From NCBI GenBank assembly GCA_003215935.1, contig QCJQ01000001.1:11731-75730 (forward strand): a stretch of DNA of 64,000 nucleotides, read 5' to 3'. Within the stretch, counting starts at the first letter, position 1, and the number at the start of each line of letters is the position of its first letter. Origin of the DNA: Prochlorococcus sp. AG-409-D09 (GTDB taxonomy: Bacteria; Cyanobacteriota; Cyanobacteriia; PCC-6307; Cyanobiaceae). This document shows positions 61,914 to 64,000 of this stretch, one piece after another. A model generated the notes under the pieces. It had not been told where the DNA came from, made no database searches, and saw only the letters and a program-made list of their open reading frames with translations. The position numbers were made by a program, and so were the translations under genes.

Positions 61914-63404
61914 ATGAACACTGCTATGTCTTCACCTTCTAGGAGAAGCTCAGCTCGTCTTCAGGATGCAAGTCTCCTGAATGGGCCAATGCTGCTTCTT
62001 AGAAGCATCCGAGGATTAAGAACTAATCAATCTTTAATTTGGTTAGCTACGGTTCCCTTGGCTTTGCTTGGACTTGGAATCTTTACTTTTTCAGCACGTG
62101 CTGAAGTTGGTCTTTCTGATTTAACTGGTACTCAAGCTGCAACATTTTTGGCAGATAATCTTTGGTTATTTGTCGCAACCATTCTTGTGATTTTTATGAA
62201 TGCAGGTTTTGCAATGGTTGAGGCAGGTATGTGTAGACAAAAGAATGCAGTAAATATTCTTGCTAAGAATTTGTTTGTTTTTGCTTTAGCTGTTACTGCT
62301 TATTGGGTAATTGGTTATTCATTAATGTATGGAGGTTCAGTTGTTGATGGATGGCTTTATTTTCAAGGCTTATTTGTTGATCCAGACCCATCAAGTGCAT
62401 TGGAATGTGCAGCTGCAGGTGAAACCGGGTGTCTAGTTCCTGCAGTTGACTTTTTGTTCCAAGCAGCTTTTGCAGGGACAGCAGCAACAATTGTTTCTGG
62501 ATTGGTTGCGGAGAGAGTCAAATTTGGAGAGTTTGTTGTTTTCTCTCTAGTTTTGACTGCTTTTATTTATCCGATTGCAGGAAGCTGGCAGTGGAATGGA
62601 GGCTGGTTATCAGAACTTGGCTTTATTGATTTTGCAGGATCTTCAATTGTTCATTCTGTAGGAGGATGGGCTGGTTTAGTCGGGGCGATGCTTCTTGGAC
62701 CTCGTATTGGGAAATTTGTTAATGGCAAAGCTCAGGCAATGCCTGGACACAATATGGCTATTGCAACTCTGGGAGCTTTAGTCCTTTGGATAGGTTGGTA
62801 TGGATTTAATCCAGGATCTGAGCTGGCTATGGATCAATACGTTGCTTATGTTGCTGTTACAACTACTTTGGCAGCGGCAGGTGGAGCTATTGCTGCAACA
62901 GTTGTGTCAACAATAACTTCAGGTAAACCAGATCTAACAATGATTATCAATGGAATTCTTGCGGGACTTGTAAGTATTACTGCTGGTTGCGGCAATATGA
63001 CTTTTGCCGGGTCTTGGCTTGCTGGAGCAGCAGGAGGAGTAATAGTTGTTTTTGCTGTTTCAGCTTTGGATGCAGCAGGTATAGATGACCCTGTTGGTGC
63101 ATTTTCTGTTCACGGAGTTTGCGGTGTGTGGGGAACTGTTGTGATTGGCCTTTGGGGAGTTGATGGGATGGATCCAGGAGCGGCAGGCATTGGCTTACTT
63201 AATGGTGGTGGTCTATCTCAATTCTTGATTCAGGCTTTAGGAGCAGCTGCTTATGGCCTATGGACTGTTATTACTTGTTGGATTGCGTGGTCTGTTATCG
63301 GAGGTTTCTTTGGAGGTATTCGAGTCTCTGAATCTGAAGAGATTCAAGGTTTAGATGTTGGAGAACATGGTATGGAGGCATATCCTGATTTTGCGTCTAG
63401 TTAG
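61914..63404 (+). CDS. amt1: Ammonium transporter (Amt family)
   Basis: About 11 TM segments. ...VIFMNAGFAMVEAGMCR.KNA..., DFAGSSIVHSVGGWAGLVGA, WYGFNPGS. The ORF opens at a TTG at 61902, and the ATG at 61914 is preferred. Confidence 0.95.
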   Translation: MNTAMSSPSRRSSARLQDASLLNGPMLLLRSIRGLRTNQSLIWLATVPLALLGLGIFTFSARAEVGLSDLTGTQAATFLADNLWLFVATILVIFMNAGFAMVEAGMCRQKNAVNILAKNLFVFALAVTAYWVIGYSLMYGGSVVDGWLYFQGLFVDPDPSSALECAAAGETGCLVPAVDFLFQAAFAGTAATIVSGLVAERVKFGEFVVFSLVLTAFIYPIAGSWQWNGGWLSELGFIDFAGSSIVHSVGGWAGLVGAMLLGPRIGKFVNGKAQAMPGHNMAIATLGALVLWIGWYGFNPGSELAMDQYVAYVAVTTTLAAAGGAIAATVVSTITSGKPDLTMIINGILAGLVSITAGCGNMTFAGSWLAGAAGGVIVVFAVSALDAAGIDDPVGAFSVHGVCGVWGTVVIGLWGVDGMDPGAAGIGLLNGGGLSQFLIQALGAAAYGLWTVITCWIAWSVIGGFFGGIRVSESEEIQGLDVGEHGMEAYPDFASS

Positions 63405-63430
63405 TTAAGTTAAAACTAAATTTTCATCTA

Positions 63431-63458
63431 AAAAGCCTGGGATTACCCAGGCTTTTTT
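63431..63458 (+). terminator. Rho-independent terminator of amt1
   Basis: AGCCTGGG-ATTA-CCCAGGCT followed by T6. Confidence 0.9.
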
Positions 63459-63523
63459 AATATGTGTTGTAAAATCGTTTGTAATAAATGACTAGAAGCT
63501 CTTATTAATTAGTTTTAACTCAT

Positions 63524-64000
63524 ATGGATACTCAAGCTTTTAAGCAAACTCTTCATAAATCAGACAGATATAATCGGCGTGGTTTTGGTTCGGCTAATAA
63601 GCGAGCAAAGGCACTGGCGCAGGCATATCAAAGTAGTTTGATTGGCTCTATTAGAGATAATGGGAATTTATTAGATTATGGGAGATTGCAAGTAAGGCTT
63701 GCTGAAGCTTTTGGTTTTTGTTGGGGAGTGGAACGGGCAGTTGCCATGGCATACGAAACAAGAAAGCACTATCCAAATGAAAGGATTTGGATTACTAATG
63801 AAATTATTCATAACCCTTCAGTTAATGATCATCTTCGAAAAATGAATGTACTTTTTATCTCTGAAGAAAAAGGAGTTAAAGATTTTTCAGGAGTCCAAGA
63901 TGGAGATGTTGTAATACTTCCTGCATTTGGGGCGACTGTTCAAGATATGCAACTTCTTCATGAAAGAGGTTGCCATATTATTGATACAACCTGTCCTTGG
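63524..64000 (+). CDS. ispH: 4-hydroxy-3-methylbut-2-enyl diphosphate reductase (IspH/LytB), N-terminal part; runs off the window
   Basis: My translation from the ATG at 63524 reads [22 protein letters not shown]...[20 protein letters not shown]...ITNEIIHNP...DTTCPW. This is the cyanobacterial-type LytB with an N-terminal extension. Confidence 0.9.
   Translation, partial: MDTQAFKQTLHKSDRYNRRGFGSANKRAKALAQAYQSSLIGSIRDNGNLLDYGRLQVRLAEAFGFCWGVERAVAMAYETRKHYPNERIWITNEIIHNPSVNDHLRKMNVLFISEEKGVKDFSGVQDGDVVILPAFGATVQDMQLLHERGCHIIDTTCPW

Overview
This window is an AT-rich, densely packed stretch of core chromosome from a marine picocyanobacterium. From memory, gene content and order fit Prochlorococcus best; no search was possible. 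The order is pyrD-rnhA, secE-nusG-rplKAJL, clpB, eno, an SbtA-like/BicA-like pair, hemB, mutS2, obg, cp12, psbA, aroC, ftsH, sat, psbO, coaBC, pyrB, gatC, crtR, ileS, thyX-dcd, ntcA, pth, tatA, psbH, psbI, leuCD, glyA, murJ, amt1, ispH. I support about 65 protein-coding genes, 3 tRNAs (Ala-CGC, Leu-UAG, Arg-ACG), 5 clear rho-independent terminators, a psbA promoter and two perfect NtcA boxes upstream of amt1. I saw no rRNA, CRISPR array, transposase, integrase, prophage or obvious island, and nothing looks horizontally acquired. I did not find a convincing novel multi-gene system, so the findings are smaller oddities in otherwise housekeeping DNA. The main ones are listed here. (1) An MPG-type DNA glycosylase has a conserved N-terminal 130 codons with no ATG/GTG/TTG start. 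(2) A PII-like/SbtA-like/SulP cluster has no experimentally established role that I know of. (3) A CobO-like protein has a degenerate P-loop. (4) The psbH-psbI spacer holds no psbN ORF that I could detect. (5) A palindrome followed by a T-run sits upstream of the cobO-dcd-thyX operon and far upstream of ntcA. (6) RNase HI, ClpB and NusG carry lineage-specific extensions. All functional calls rest on motif and family recognition by eye from the supplied translations, with no database search.
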